64,000 bases of DNA. Source: an uncultured Bacteroidales bacterium (lineage in GTDB: Bacteria > Bacteroidota > Bacteroidia > Bacteroidales > UBA10428). Under the pieces are notes generated by a model. It had not been told where the DNA came from. It searched no databases and was given only the letters and a program-made list of their open reading frames with translations. The position numbers and the translations under genes were made by a program. The stretch lies in contig CAZQCO010000003.1 of NCBI GenBank assembly GCA_964592225.1, forward strand, positions 15,200 through 79,199, in the 5' to 3' direction. Of this stretch, positions 48,656 to 58,023 are shown one piece after another (the first letter of the stretch is position 1; each line of letters begins with the position of its first letter).

Positions 48656-50011
48656 ATGGCTATGGATTTTCTTAATCATTTGGATCAGCTTTCAATCGAT
48701 GTATCGCAAATCGATAAAGAATTATTTACACGATTCGATGTCAAACGGGGACTTCGAAATCAGAATGGATCAGGAGTACTTGTCGGGCTCACTAATATTG
48801 GTGATGTTGTTGGCTATGAAAAGGAAGGAGATAAAGTGATCCCGGCGCATGGACGTTTATATTATCGCGGTCTTGAGGTGACTGAACTGGTAAAGGGATT
48901 CCAGGAAGACGGACGGCATGGATATGACGAAACCGTATTTTTGCTGCTATCAGGTAAACTTCCTACTAAGGATGAATTAATGCGCTTCACCTCATATTTA
49001 GCAGGATTACGTGATTTACCACAATATTTTACGAAAAACATGATACTCTCTTTACGAGGAAGAAATATCATGAATATGTTGGCAAGGTCAGCATTGGTTT
49101 TGTATACAATGGACGATTATGCCGAGGACCATTCACATATGAATGTTCTGCGCCAGTCGCTCGATCTTATCGCTAAATTCCCGGTCATCACAGCCTATTC
49201 ATATTTTGGATTCCGGCATTCCTATCAGCGAAAATCGCTTATTATTCGTCATCCGGAGCCAGGTCTCAGTACGGCTGAAAATTTCTTGTATATGATTAAA
49301 GGCGACAGATACACGCGTTTGGAAGCAGATATTCTAGATCTTAACCTGGTGCTTCATGCCGAGCATGGCGGAGGTAACAATTCAACTTTTACAACACGTG
49401 TTGTCAGCTCAGCCGGAACCGATACCTATTCAACAATTGCAGCAGCCCTTGGTTCCTTAAAAGGTTTCTTACACGGTGGAGCCAATCTTCAGGTGGTAGA
49501 AATGATGAGAGATATAAAGAAAAATGTGAAGGATTGGACAGATAAAAAAGAATTATCAGAATACTTAATAAAAATTCTGCATGGACATGCCGGAGATGGT
49601 TCAGGGAAAATATATGGAATTGGACATGCCATATATACCTTATCGGACCCAAGAGCCATACTCTTAAAACAAAAGGCTATGGAACTTGCTGAGGAAAAGG
49701 GTAAAACAGATGAATTTTCACTTTACGATAATATAGAACAGCTTGCGCCTGAAGTATTAGCCAAATTCAAAGGAGGCAATAATGTTAAGACTGTAAGTCC
49801 GAATGTAGATTTTTATTCAGGATTTGTATATCGTTGCATCGATCTTCCCATGGAACTATATACTCCGATTTTTGCTGTTTCACGTATGGCAGGGTGGTGT
49901 GCACATCGTATCGAGGAAATTACATCCAGCTCAAAACGTATTATTCGGCCTGCCTATAAAAATGTATACGGACAGGTAGAATACCAGAAGCTTGAAGAAA
50001 GAACTCGATAA
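48656..50011 (+). CDS. gltA: citrate synthase
   Basis: Citrate synthase blocks are present: 'LVLHAEHGGGNNSTF', 'GIGHAIYTLSDPRA', 'PNVDFYSG'. Confidence 0.88.
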   Translation: MAMDFLNHLDQLSIDVSQIDKELFTRFDVKRGLRNQNGSGVLVGLTNIGDVVGYEKEGDKVIPAHGRLYYRGLEVTELVKGFQEDGRHGYDETVFLLLSGKLPTKDELMRFTSYLAGLRDLPQYFTKNMILSLRGRNIMNMLARSALVLYTMDDYAEDHSHMNVLRQSLDLIAKFPVITAYSYFGFRHSYQRKSLIIRHPEPGLSTAENFLYMIKGDRYTRLEADILDLNLVLHAEHGGGNNSTFTTRVVSSAGTDTYSTIAAALGSLKGFLHGGANLQVVEMMRDIKKNVKDWTDKKELSEYLIKILHGHAGDGSGKIYGIGHAIYTLSDPRAILLKQKAMELAEEKGKTDEFSLYDNIEQLAPEVLAKFKGGNNVKTVSPNVDFYSGFVYRCIDLPMELYTPIFAVSRMAGWCAHRIEEITSSSKRIIRPAYKNVYGQVEYQKLEERTR

Positions 50012-50089
50012 GCAATTGTATATTTATACAAAACTTGTTCATATTTATAAAAAATACTTTTAATTCTTTTCTGAATTAAAGAAATATAC

Positions 50090-50097
50090 TATATTTG
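50090..50097 (+). promoter_or_regulatory. Bacteroides-type -7 promoter box upstream of the gltB leader
   Basis: TATATTTG matches TAnnTTTG. It lies 168 nt upstream of the gltB ATG and ~20 nt upstream of the sORF at 50118. Confidence 0.4.
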
Positions 50098-50117
50098 CTA
50101 GCTCTAAGACACCCATT

Positions 50118-50171
50118 ATGAAGACTAAAAAGAACGATAAATTTTTTAATAAAAAGACAGATTCTGCGTAA
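50118..50171 (+). other. 17-codon upstream sORF (MKTKKNDKFFNKKTDSA) in the gltB leader
   Basis: The ATG-to-TAA frame was read directly. It lies between the candidate promoter and the leader terminator. There is no evidence of translation. Confidence 0.25.
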
Positions 50172-50198
50172 AAATGGTTTTTAAATAACTTATTATTT

Positions 50199-50230
50199 AA
50201 GCCATTCTCGCATGTCAGAATGGCTTTTTT
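50199..50230 (+). terminator. strong rho-independent terminator 35 nt upstream of the gltB start
   Basis: A perfect 10-bp stem AAGCCATTCT (50199-50208) pairs with AGAATGGCTT (50217-50226) across an 8-nt loop. The T run extends to 50230. It is unidirectional, since the opposite strand has no T run. Confidence 0.7.
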
Positions 50231-50264
50231 ATAAACGATGGGTTGAATAAGAAAATAAAGTATT

Positions 50265-53200
50265 ATGATTAAAGGATTTCCAGAAGCACAGGGGTTGTAT
50301 GACCCTAATAATGAGCATGATAGCTGCGGAATTGGATTTGTAACCCAAATTAAAGGAAAAAAATCACACGATATCATTAAAAAGGGGCTTGAGGTTTTAG
50401 TGAATATGACTCACAGAGGAGCTGAGAGTGCTGATAATTTATCGGGCGATGGCGCAGGAATACTGATTCAACTACCACACGACTTTTTTATTCAGAAGGG
50501 TATCAGGGTGCCTGCAGAGGGTAGATATGGAACAGGTCTGGTTTTTCTTCCAAAGGACATAAAAAATAGAAAACAGTGTGAGGAAATTCTTTTAAATACC
50601 ATAACAAGTGAAGGTTTGGATGTTATTGAATTCACTGATGTAAAAGTTGATAATACAGTACTGGGAGAAATATCTCATGCCACCGAACCTTTTATTAAGC
50701 AAATATTCGTTACAGGTGACTATCCTGAACAGGAAATGCTTGAACGGAAACTATTTATAGCCCGTAAACTAACTGAAAGAGCTGTACGTGAATCTAATAT
50801 AAAAGAAAAAAAGGTATTTTATATTCCCAGTCTCTCATCAAAAATTTTTATATACAAGGGAATGTTAACTCCCGATCAGGTTGAAAGATATTTTGTTGAT
50901 CTGCGAGATCCCAATATAATTAGTGCTATTGCACTGGTACATTCACGTTTTTCAACAAACACTTTTCCAACCTGGGATTTAGCTCAGCCATTTCGATTTC
51001 TTGCACATAATGGAGAAATCAATACCATAAAAGGGAATCGTATGTGGATGACTGCCCGTGAATCGATAATGAAATCGGATTTGTTTGGCGATGATCTTGA
51101 AAAATTGTTTCCTATTATTGAACCGAATAAATCTGACTCGGCTTCTTTTGATAATGTACTGGAATTCCTGGTATTAACAGGTAAATCATTACCACATGCA
51201 CTAAGCATGTTAATACCTGAGTCGTGGAACGATAAAAATCCAATACCCCCTAGCCTGAAAGCTTTTTATGAATACCAGTCAACTCTGATGGAGCCCTGGG
51301 ACGGACCTGCATCGTTGGTCTTCAGCGATGGACGGTATATTGGCGGCACGCTCGATCGGAATGGTTTGCGCCCCTCGCGTTATATTATAACCAAAGACGA
51401 TTTAATAGTTATGGGTTCGGAGGTGGGTGTACAGATTTTCGAAGCGGAACAAATTAAAGAAAAAGGGCGCCTTCGTCCGGGTAAAATCCTGTTAGTCGAT
51501 ACAAAAATGGGTGTTATTGTACCTGATGAAGAAGTGAAGCACCAGCTGACCGACAGAAATCCTTATGCCCAATGGTTGGCTGAGAGCAGAGTTGAACTTG
51601 GAGAAATCAAAGTAAGAAAGCGGGTTCCCACCAGCCTTGGAGATAATTTTGAAGCATACCTGAGAGAATTCGGGTATACAAAAGAAGATATAGATTTTCT
51701 TTTAAAACCAATGGGATTGCAGGGTCAGGAACCGATTCATTCTATGGGCAACGACACACCTTTAGCACTTTTCTCCGATAAGCCACAACGCTTCTTCAAT
51801 TATTTTAAGCAGCTTTTTGCCCAGGTAACCAATCCTCCAATAGACCCAATTCGGGAAGGTCTTGTAATGGCGTTAACCAATTATATAGGATCGGTTTCAA
51901 AAAATATACTCGTCGAATCTTCAAGTCATTGCAAACTTATTAAGTTTCTTTCACCCATAGTTTCTAATACCGATCTGAACAAACTCCGAAATCTCAGGGA
52001 GGAAAATTTTTCCTATATTGATATCCCTATTCTTTTTCCTGCGAAAGGCAAAGGATTAGGTAAAGGTCTTGAAATGGCCCTGGAAGATATTTGCCAAAAA
52101 GCTGAGCAAGCTGTGGATGCCGGTAAAAACTTCATTATTCTGACCGACCGGGGCATTAATGAAGATATGGCTCCTATCCCTTCCTTACTGGCTACATCAG
52201 CTGTTCATCATCATTTAATACGTTCAAAAAAGCGTATGCAGGTTGGCGTAGTAGTAGAGACTGCCGAAGCCCGCGAAATAAACCATTTTGCGTTGCTTAT
52301 CGGATATGGCGCCAGTGTTGTAAATCCCTATGCAGCATTTGCTGTTATTGAAGATAAATGCCTTAAAGGTGAAATTGAAATAGATTACGTTATAGCACGC
52401 GAAAACTATATTAAAGCAATTGACAAGGGCTTATTAAAAATTCTTTCCAAGATGGGGATATCTACTTTAAGGAGTTATCATGGTTCTCAGATTTATGAAG
52501 CCCTGGGGATAGGCAATGAAATTATTGAGAAGTATTTTACAGGAACAGACTCTAGAATTGGTGGTATCGGTTTTGAGGAAACAGCAAAAGAAGTGCTGAT
52601 TAATCATTCCATTGCTTTCGGGAACGACCCGAAATTACTTCACGTACTTAAAACGGAAGGCATCTACCATTTTCGCTACGATGGTGAAAGACATGGATGG
52701 AATCCGGAATCGATCGGATTACTTCAATGGGCCACCCGGGCGAAAGATTACAACAAATTTAAAGAATTTACCACGCTGGTAGATCATGAAAATCGGAAAC
52801 CCCATTTTTTGCGTGGTTGTGTAAATATTAAAAAGTGTGATCCTATACCTATCGACGAAGTTGAAGCGGTTGATACGATCATGAAACGTTTTGTCACCGG
52901 AGCTATGTCATATGGATCAATAAGTAAAGAAGCACATGAGGCATTAGCCATTGCTATGAACAGGATTGGAGGCAAAAGCAATACGGGCGAGGGAGGTGAA
53001 GACACGGAACGATTTAAGCCGAGAGAAAATGGCACATGGGCTCGGAGTGCCATTAAACAGGTAGCTTCCGGACGGTTTGGGGTTACTACCAATTACCTGG
53101 TAAATGCCGACGAAATTCAGATAAAAATTGCCCAGGGAGCAAAACCAGGCGAAGGTGGACAATTACCGGGCTACAAAGTGGATAAAGTTATCGCCCGTCT

Positions 53201-54809
53201 ACGGCACAGTACACCGGGTATTACGCTGATATCTCCCCCACCTCACCATGATATTTATTCTATCGAAGATCTTGCACAATTGATTTTCGACCTGAAATGC
53301 ACAAACCCAAAAGCTAGAATTAACGTTAAACTGGTTTCTGAGAAAGGAGTTGGTACAGTTGCTGCAGGCGTTGCCAAAGCTTATGCCGACAGTATTACTA
53401 TTTCTGGTGCTGAAGGAGGTACAGGAGCAAGTCCTGCCAGTTCAATTAAACATGCCGGATTACCTATGGAACTGGGGATCTCTGAAGTTCAGCAAACCCT
53501 GGTTATGAACAATCTTCGTGACAGGGTTCGTCTGCAAACCGACGGGCAGCTGAAAACAGGACACGATGTGATTTATGCGGCACTATTGGGTGCTGAAGAA
53601 TTTGGATTTGCAACTGTAGCCCTGGTTGTGTTAGGGTGTATTATGATGAGAAAATGCCATCTGAATACCTGTCCTGTAGGTGTTGCCACACAAGATCAAG
53701 AATTGCGCAAGCGTTTTCTTGGTAAATCGGAGTTTGTAATAACTTACTTTAATTTTTTAGCACAGGAAATCCGTGAATATCTGGCCGAAATGGGATTTCG
53801 CAAATTCGATGATATTGTAGGACGTACCGATCTGCTGGAACAACGCTCTGATATTCAACACTGGAAAGCTTCGAAAGTTGATTTATCAAAAATACTCTTC
53901 CGTCCCAAAGAAGCCGATATTTACGAAAACCATTGCGTATGTTTCCAAAATCATAAAATAGAGGATATTATGGATCGCGGTTTAATAAAACAGGCTGCTA
54001 GTTCCATAAAAAACAAAAATAAAGTCTGGATTTCGCGCAAAATACAAAATACGGATCGAACGGTGGGAGCTATGCTATCGGGTGAAATATGTCTTGTATA
54101 CGGCGAAGAGGGGCTACCCGATAAAACAATAAATTGTATGTTCACCGGTTCTGCGGGACAGAGTTTTGGAGCCTTTCTTGTTAAAGGGCTTAATTTCTAC
54201 CTGGAAGGCGATGCGAATGATTATCTGGGAAAAGGATTGTCGGGGGGACGTATTATTGTTGTTCCTCCTAAAGGATCTATCTTCAAACCTGAAGAAAACA
54301 TTATCATCGGTAATACTGTCCTTTATGGGGCTACAGACGGTGAAGCATATATTCGGGGTGTTGCCGGTGGTAGGTTCTGTGTTCGAAATTCGGGGGCCAG
54401 AGCTGTTGTGGAAGGTGTAGGCGACCATTGTTGTGAATACATGACAGGTGGCTGCACTGTTGTTCTTGGACAAACAGGACGTAATTTTGCGGCAGGTATG
54501 AGTGGTGGAATTGCTTATGTCCTGAATCAGAATGGAAATTTCGATTATTTCTGTAATAAAGGCATGGTGGAACTTGGACCTATTTCCGACAGGGATGATG
54601 AAATGGAACTCCAGGAGATGATTAACAACCACCTGAATTATACTGGTTCGGAACTGGCAAGAGAAATCCTGGTGAACTGGGAAGTTTACCTTCCTCGATT
54701 TGTTAAGGTGATTCCTTTTGAATACAAAAAAATCCTTCAGGAAATTAAACTTGAACAAATAAAGAGTGAAATTGAAAAAACGGAGGACGAACCGCATTTT
54801 CAATATTAA
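50265..54809 (+). CDS. gltB: glutamate synthase large subunit
   Basis: 1514 aa. The Ntn-amidotransferase Cys appears in 'EHDSCGIGFV'. The central, FMN and 3Fe-4S domains show 'GEGGE', 'KIAQGAKPGEGGQLPG' and 'CIMMRKCHLNTCPVG'. A C-terminal GXGXG domain follows. Confidence 0.97.
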   Translation: MIKGFPEAQGLYDPNNEHDSCGIGFVTQIKGKKSHDIIKKGLEVLVNMTHRGAESADNLSGDGAGILIQLPHDFFIQKGIRVPAEGRYGTGLVFLPKDIKNRKQCEEILLNTITSEGLDVIEFTDVKVDNTVLGEISHATEPFIKQIFVTGDYPEQEMLERKLFIARKLTERAVRESNIKEKKVFYIPSLSSKIFIYKGMLTPDQVERYFVDLRDPNIISAIALVHSRFSTNTFPTWDLAQPFRFLAHNGEINTIKGNRMWMTARESIMKSDLFGDDLEKLFPIIEPNKSDSASFDNVLEFLVLTGKSLPHALSMLIPESWNDKNPIPPSLKAFYEYQSTLMEPWDGPASLVFSDGRYIGGTLDRNGLRPSRYIITKDDLIVMGSEVGVQIFEAEQIKEKGRLRPGKILLVDTKMGVIVPDEEVKHQLTDRNPYAQWLAESRVELGEIKVRKRVPTSLGDNFEAYLREFGYTKEDIDFLLKPMGLQGQEPIHSMGNDTPLALFSDKPQRFFNYFKQLFAQVTNPPIDPIREGLVMALTNYIGSVSKNILVESSSHCKLIKFLSPIVSNTDLNKLRNLREENFSYIDIPILFPAKGKGLGKGLEMALEDICQKAEQAVDAGKNFIILTDRGINEDMAPIPSLLATSAVHHHLIRSKKRMQVGVVVETAEAREINHFALLIGYGASVVNPYAAFAVIEDKCLKGEIEIDYVIARENYIKAIDKGLLKILSKMGISTLRSYHGSQIYEALGIGNEIIEKYFTGTDSRIGGIGFEETAKEVLINHSIAFGNDPKLLHVLKTEGIYHFRYDGERHGWNPESIGLLQWATRAKDYNKFKEFTTLVDHENRKPHFLRGCVNIKKCDPIPIDEVEAVDTIMKRFVTGAMSYGSISKEAHEALAIAMNRIGGKSNTGEGGEDTERFKPRENGTWARSAIKQVASGRFGVTTNYLVNADEIQIKIAQGAKPGEGGQLPGYKVDKVIARLRHSTPGITLISPPPHHDIYSIEDLAQLIFDLKCTNPKARINVKLVSEKGVGTVAAGVAKAYADSITISGAEGGTGASPASSIKHAGLPMELGISEVQQTLVMNNLRDRVRLQTDGQLKTGHDVIYAALLGAEEFGFATVALVVLGCIMMRKCHLNTCPVGVATQDQELRKRFLGKSEFVITYFNFLAQEIREYLAEMGFRKFDDIVGRTDLLEQRSDIQHWKASKVDLSKILFRPKEADIYENHCVCFQNHKIEDIMDRGLIKQAASSIKNKNKVWISRKIQNTDRTVGAMLSGEICLVYGEEGLPDKTINCMFTGSAGQSFGAFLVKGLNFYLEGDANDYLGKGLSGGRIIVVPPKGSIFKPEENIIIGNTVLYGATDGEAYIRGVAGGRFCVRNSGARAVVEGVGDHCCEYMTGGCTVVLGQTGRNFAAGMSGGIAYVLNQNGNFDYFCNKGMVELGPISDRDDEMELQEMINNHLNYTGSELAREILVNWEVYLPRFVKVIPFEYKKILQEIKLEQIKSEIEKTEDEPHFQY

Positions 54810-54841
54810 AAATATCAAAATCACTATTTAAGCAGATAATT

Positions 54842-56290
54842 ATGGGAAATCCAAAAGGGTTTATGACCATAGAGCGAAAGCCGGCAGGATATCGTCCAAA
54901 AGACGAAAGGGTTAAAGATTATAGTGAAGTTGAGCAGGTTTTAAACGAAAAGGACAGAAAAGATCAGGCCTCGCGTTGCATGGATTGCGGTATACCTTTC
55001 TGTCAATGGGGATGCCCTGTTATAAATAACATGCCCGAATGGCAGGATGCCATTTTCAGGGGTGACTGGCAGGAAGCAATAGATAATCTTCAGGTAACCA
55101 ATAATTTCCCCGAATTTACGGGTAGAGTTTGTCCGGCACCCTGTGAACATGCATGCACCCTGAATATTAATGAAGAACCTGTTACCATACGTGAAAATGA
55201 ATGTGCCACGGCCGATCAGGCGTTTGACAGGGGTCTGATAATACCAAGACCTCCGAAGCTACGTACAGGTAAAAAAGTTGCAGTAGTTGGCTCGGGTCCG
55301 GCAGGTCTTGCCTGTGCCGATCTTTTAAATAAGTGGGGACATACGGTTACTGTTTATGAAAAAGATGAAGCAATAGGAGGTTTACTTCGGTATGGGATTC
55401 CTGATTTCAAGCTTGGAAAAAACGTTATCGACCGGCGGCTGAATATTCTGCTGGCCGAAGGTCTTCAGTTTAAAACCAATTGCCACGTGGGGGCCGATGT
55501 GAAAGGGGAAGAACTTCTTAAGAATTTTGATGCGCTGGTGTTGGCAATAGGTGCAATGAAACCAAGAGATCTGAATGTTGAAGGAAGAAAACTGAAAGGG
55601 GTGCATTTTGCCATGGAATTTCTTACCCAGCAGAACAGGGTAATTGCCGGTACAAAAATTGTGAATGGAGACCGAATTTCAGCTACCGGCAAAAATGTAC
55701 TGATTATTGGCGGCGGCGATACGGGTTCCGATTGTGTAGGGACTTCGGTAAGGCAAGGCGCTGCCAGTTTACAACAGATTGAAATATTGCCCAAACCTCC
55801 CGATAAGCGATCACTTAATAATCCCTGGCCATACTGGGCCAATACCCTTCGCACATCGTCATCGCATCAGGAAGGTTGTGAACGTTCGTGGGGGCTTAAT
55901 ACAACAAAGCTTATTGGAGATAAAGATGGCAATGTTAAAGCAACTGAAGTGGTGGAAGTGGAGTGGAAGAAGGAAAACCTGCCTGACGGCAAGGCAGGAG
56001 GCCAGTTTACGATGATAGAAAAGCCAGAAACAAAACGACAGATTAAAGCCGATCTTGTGCTGCTTTCCATGGGATTTGTACATTGTTATCACGAAGGTTT
56101 AGCAAGCGAGCTGGGAGTTACATTCGACAAACGTGGAAACATAGCAACCGATACATCCGATAGAACCTCCGGCGCAAAGGTATTTGCTGCCGGCGATGCG
56201 GTTTCAGGAGCCAGCCTGGTAGTAAGGGCCATTGCTTCGGGCCGGAAGGCAGCCGATAATGTGCATGATTACTTGATGAAGATTAAATAG
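54842..56290 (+). CDS. gltD: glutamate synthase small subunit (NAD(P)H-dependent)
   Basis: Fe-S Cys clusters are 'CMDCGIPFCQWGCP' and 'CPAPCEHAC'. Dinucleotide folds are 'VAVVGSGPAGLA' and 'VLIIGGGDTGSD'. Confidence 0.95.
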   Translation: MGNPKGFMTIERKPAGYRPKDERVKDYSEVEQVLNEKDRKDQASRCMDCGIPFCQWGCPVINNMPEWQDAIFRGDWQEAIDNLQVTNNFPEFTGRVCPAPCEHACTLNINEEPVTIRENECATADQAFDRGLIIPRPPKLRTGKKVAVVGSGPAGLACADLLNKWGHTVTVYEKDEAIGGLLRYGIPDFKLGKNVIDRRLNILLAEGLQFKTNCHVGADVKGEELLKNFDALVLAIGAMKPRDLNVEGRKLKGVHFAMEFLTQQNRVIAGTKIVNGDRISATGKNVLIIGGGDTGSDCVGTSVRQGAASLQQIEILPKPPDKRSLNNPWPYWANTLRTSSSHQEGCERSWGLNTTKLIGDKDGNVKATEVVEVEWKKENLPDGKAGGQFTMIEKPETKRQIKADLVLLSMGFVHCYHEGLASELGVTFDKRGNIATDTSDRTSGAKVFAAGDAVSGASLVVRAIASGRKAADNVHDYLMKIK

Positions 56291-56311
56291 CAAATACAAA
56301 ACATAAATAGA

Positions 56312-56338
56312 ATGCCGGATTATATCCCGGCATTTTTT
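56312..56338 (+). terminator. rho-independent terminator after gltD
   Basis: Stem ATGCCGG (56312-56318) pairs with CCGGCAT (56327-56333), and a 6-T run follows directly. Confidence 0.7.
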
Positions 56339-56790
56339 ATTTGTACATGAATATCTTCCTTCAGCACGTTAGAAACTCACAATTGAAAAGTAAAGGAGAC
56401 AAAACTTCTTTATAAGATAAAGAAGAGTAAGTATAAGTGAAATCCCTGTGAATTCTTTCCGTCTTTCCCTTACATAAATCGCTTAATTTACTACTCATTT
56501 TTTAATGATTGAGGAATTAGGGTTATTTTAACGCCAGTGTAAATTTCAACTGGATATGACTACGATTGTTATAAAAGAATTTTTTTCAGAAATGGTTGTG
56601 AGGCTTTACATATAAACGTATATCAACATAAAAAATATGGGGGAAGGATATTTTATAAGTATTAAAACCGCGAAAAAAACGAGATGTGCTTTTAACAATA
56701 TCCCAAACCAATCCCATGAAAGGAAATGTAAGCTGTAAATATAAAAATGAGTGTTAACAATAATTTCTTTGAGAATTTATTTGCATAATA

Positions 56791-57792
56791 ATGAAAATCA
56801 TGGCTGATTTAACAACAAAATACCTGGATTTCGAACTGAAAAATCCGATCATTGTGGGGAGTTGCAGTTTAACAGCATCGGTTGAGGATATTGTGCAATT
56901 GGAACAAAACGGAGCCGCTGCCATTGTTCTTAAATCGATTTTTGAAGAAGAGATTCTTCTTAAGGCGGATCACGATTTAAAAATAGCCAAGAAAAGCAAT
57001 TTTATCTATTCGGAGTTATCGGAAACGCTGGATTATATTGATATTCATACAAAAGTAAAGCGTCTGGGAGAATACCTGAAGATGATACAGGATGTAAAAA
57101 AGAAAATACTCATTCCTGTTATTGCCAGTATAAATTGTATCACCAATCTGGAATGGGCTTTTTTTGCAGCAAAAATCCAGGATGCGGGAGCCGATGCAAT
57201 CGAGCTGAATATTTCTCTTAATCCAATGGATACCGGAAAAAGGGATTATGAGAAATTGATCCAAAATATAGTAACCAAAGTTTTAAAATCAGTGAGCATC
57301 CCGGTTTCTGTTAAATTAAGCGATTGTTTTACCAATTTATCACATACTATCCTTGAAATATCAAAAACGGGAATTAAAGGGATAGTAATGTTTAACAGGT
57401 TTTATACCCCTGATATTGATATATATAATTTGAATATTGTATCGGGCAGAATGCATAGTTGTGAGACAGAATATGTTAAACCATTACGATGGATTGCGCT
57501 GTTGTCTGACAAAATTGATTGTAGTATTGCAGCTTCAACCGGCATTCACGATGCCAACACCGTGGTAAAACAAATACTGGCAGGGGCCGATGCGGTTCAG
57601 GTGGTCTCTGCGTTGTATCTGAATGGGAAAGGTTATATCAATCAATTGCTGACAGGTATTGAGAAATGGATGCTCGATAAAGGATATTTCTCTGTACAGC
57701 AATTCAAAGGATTGGCCAGCTACAAAAAGACCACCAATCCTGCAGCGTACGAGAGAATCCAGTTTATGAAGTATTTTGGAAGAATTGGTTAA
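56791..57792 (+). CDS. dihydroorotate dehydrogenase-like (DHOD/DHPD family TIM-barrel) protein of unknown substrate
   Basis: 333 aa. 'LKNPIIVGSCSLT', 'AIELNIS', 'PVSVKLS', 'NRFYTPDIDI' and 'IAASTGIHDA' follow the DHOD-family FMN-barrel layout. It resembles the uncharacterised 'DHOD-like protein' group rather than PyrD proper. The ATG at 56800 is an alternative start. Confidence 0.65.
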   Translation: MKIMADLTTKYLDFELKNPIIVGSCSLTASVEDIVQLEQNGAAAIVLKSIFEEEILLKADHDLKIAKKSNFIYSELSETLDYIDIHTKVKRLGEYLKMIQDVKKKILIPVIASINCITNLEWAFFAAKIQDAGADAIELNISLNPMDTGKRDYEKLIQNIVTKVLKSVSIPVSVKLSDCFTNLSHTILEISKTGIKGIVMFNRFYTPDIDIYNLNIVSGRMHSCETEYVKPLRWIALLSDKIDCSIAASTGIHDANTVVKQILAGADAVQVVSALYLNGKGYINQLLTGIEKWMLDKGYFSVQQFKGLASYKKTTNPAAYERIQFMKYFGRIG

Positions 57793-57921
57793 TCTGTTCT
57801 CCGGGGCACGGCAGAAAACCTATATTTTCCGTAAAAACTAAAATCGCTTTCACACGGGCCTTTTCGGCCTGATACCTTATAATCGAATAAACTTTCTTCT
57901 TCCTGCACAGCAGTGTTTTAT

Positions 57922-57929
57922 TACCTTTG
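57922..57929 (+). promoter_or_regulatory. Bacteroides-type -7 promoter box upstream of the giant sensor gene
   Basis: TACCTTTG matches TAnnTTTG. It lies ~95 nt upstream of the TTG at 58024 and ~150 nt upstream of the ATG at 58078. Confidence 0.35.
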
Positions 57930-58023
57930 CACTGTATAAATTCTTTTAAAAATTTTAATTTCGGTTTTATCAGAGGATATCGAAGCGAATACAGTCTGAA
58001 TCTGACCAGGAAATTCACCGGGT

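Noticed and set aside
50060-50377. 105-aa minus-strand ORF overlapping the gltB start and leader
   Set aside because: It overlaps the gltB N-terminal Ntn-Cys region in antisense. The leader hairpin and promoter explain this region better.
54114-54824. 236-aa ORF antisense to the 3' end of gltB
   Set aside because: It lies entirely opposite the strongly conserved GXGXG C-terminal domain of gltB. Its translation is low-complexity (Phe/Asn/Ile-rich) with no motif. This is a typical shadow ORF.
56361-56498. 45-codon minus-strand ORF in the gltD/DHOD-like spacer
   Set aside because: There is no supporting signal of any kind, and chance occurrence is likely.
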